Below are positions 62,604 through 64,000 of a DNA stretch of 64,000 nt, one piece after another (positions within the stretch are counted from its first letter, which is position 1; each line of letters starts with the position of its first letter). The position numbers and the translations under genes are program-made. The stretch is taken from NCBI GenBank assembly GCA_002269645.1, contig NIVC01000929.1, forward strand, positions 1 to 64,000. Direction: 5' to 3'. Under the pieces are notes generated by a model. It saw only the letters and a list, made by a program, of their open reading frames with translations. It was not told the DNA's origin and did not search any database. The DNA comes from Macrostomum lignano. Its lineage: Eukaryota.

Positions 62604-63090
62604 ACACCCGGATTTTAATCTGAAAGACGTCGGATTGTGGAAAGTTTCGCTTAAGTCTGCTTGTCTACACGTGGACGTGAGCGGCTGCTGGCCCTTCATC
62701 GACGTGGCATTCTACGAGGTGCAGGGCAGCTGGATGGTGCAAAAGTTCGGCAGCTTTTACGCGCCGACAAAGTACACGTTTCCGTTGCACAAGCGACCGT
62801 TCATGGGCCGCTGGGTGGACTCGCCGAGGGATACGGGAAAATTTCTTGCCTACTCGTACTATGGATCCTGGAGAACGGATTTGTGCACAACGTCCATGTA
62901 TTCGCATAAATACGAAAAAATAATGTTTCCCCGAAAATACTCCCTAAGCTGCATCAAGCTCACAAAAACCTACCCGTTTGTCTTCCGTGTCCCGGACAGC
63001 GCACCGTGGTGTCGAGGCGTCATGGAGAGCCTGAGACTTCCAGACGGTGAACTGGTGTACACGGTGATGGTAGATGAGCCGGTGGCCTGA
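62604..63090 (+). CDS. LicD-family protein, exon 2
   Basis: Acceptor TCTCCCTCAG, phase-consistent; WPFIDVAFY...FPLHKRPFMGRWVDSP...FLAYSY; stop at 63088-63090. The spliced product is 314 aa. Confidence 0.87.
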
Positions 63091-64000
63091 TCGATACGGA
63101 ATTAAGCGAGTGAAGCAAGTCCTGCACAGATTTTCTGGTGGTGCTAAATATGTTAATGAACTAAACAATCGTTCTTAGTGTTGCAGGAACTGTTTGTTAG
63201 ATATATTCTAGGCAATTTTCTAATCGAATTGATTCACAATTTTTTAACAATCGTAGTTATGGTTTGCTTCGATGCAAGAATAATAACACATAATAGTTGG
63301 GTGCTTGTTTTCCTAATATTAACAATTATTTTCCGTTTTTTTCTTTTTACTTCAGGCACTCTTGTATTTTAATTTCTTCAGGGAACTCATCCCTTCACGA
63401 GTTGATCAAAACAGGCAAATCTGTTTGCGAAGCTGCATTATTGACAATGTGCTCGGCCTGAGTCTTTAGATTTCAGCAGCATCGCAATGACTCAATCTGC
63501 TACAATTTACCAAGTTGGATAGCTCGTAATGCAGCACAATTTTTCTACCCGTAGTTCTTTGAGAGAAACTTGTGAAAGGGCAAAAATAACGCGCTCTGTA
63601 TCAGCAAGAGAAGTTAGACTAACAGCAGCCCTTTACCAATCGCAAGTTTACGCTTCACCACCTTCACTTAGGAGCGACATTAGAAGCGTTTGCATTGGTT
63701 TAGTGCAAGTGGGGCATTTGGGTGTTGGCTGTCTGGTGGTGTGGTGGGTGCTTTGTACACGCCGTGTGCCTATTTAGGCCGCCAGCTCTGTGGCTACAAG
63801 GGTTTGCCCGCGTTAGATTTTTTTAGATGTACTTCTTCTTCGTCTGAATCAATAGTTCGTGACAATTTCGGTGTTACATGGAAGCCGGACGGAAAACTCA
63901 GCTTCATAGCAGCATCAATGCACTGCCCAGTTAAGACAAAATCTAAGCAAGTTCCTTGACTTTGAGTCTTTCAGAAACGACCAATTCTTGACAAACTTGG

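Overview
Eukaryotic animal genomic DNA: GT-AG spliced genes sit among very many minisatellites and transposon relics. The style fits a repeat-rich invertebrate such as the flatworm Macrostomum, but that is inference only. From left to right: (1) the frameshifted 3' end of a sacsin-like gene ending in a HEPN domain; (2) a tRNA-headed CORE-like SINE; (3) large minisatellites; (4) an intact 3-exon TP53I11 homolog; (5) a Vsx/Chx10 homeobox gene with a partial CVC domain; (6) a minus-strand Ig-superfamily membrane-protein gene; (7) a PHD-containing transposon relic; (8) a ~14 kb inverted duplication (arms 34485-41212 and 42936-48380) around a LINE RNase H relic; (9) a 3.26 kb element with ~550 bp TIRs filled with fragments of three retroelement genes; (10) a decayed Crypton-type tyrosine recombinase; (11) a Harbinger transposase with a convergent Myb-like partner; (12) an intact 2-exon LicD-family gene. 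There is no CRISPR array and no prokaryotic operon. The most unusual recurring signal is that several minisatellites are amplifications of functional junctions (splice acceptor, start codon, Pol III A-box).
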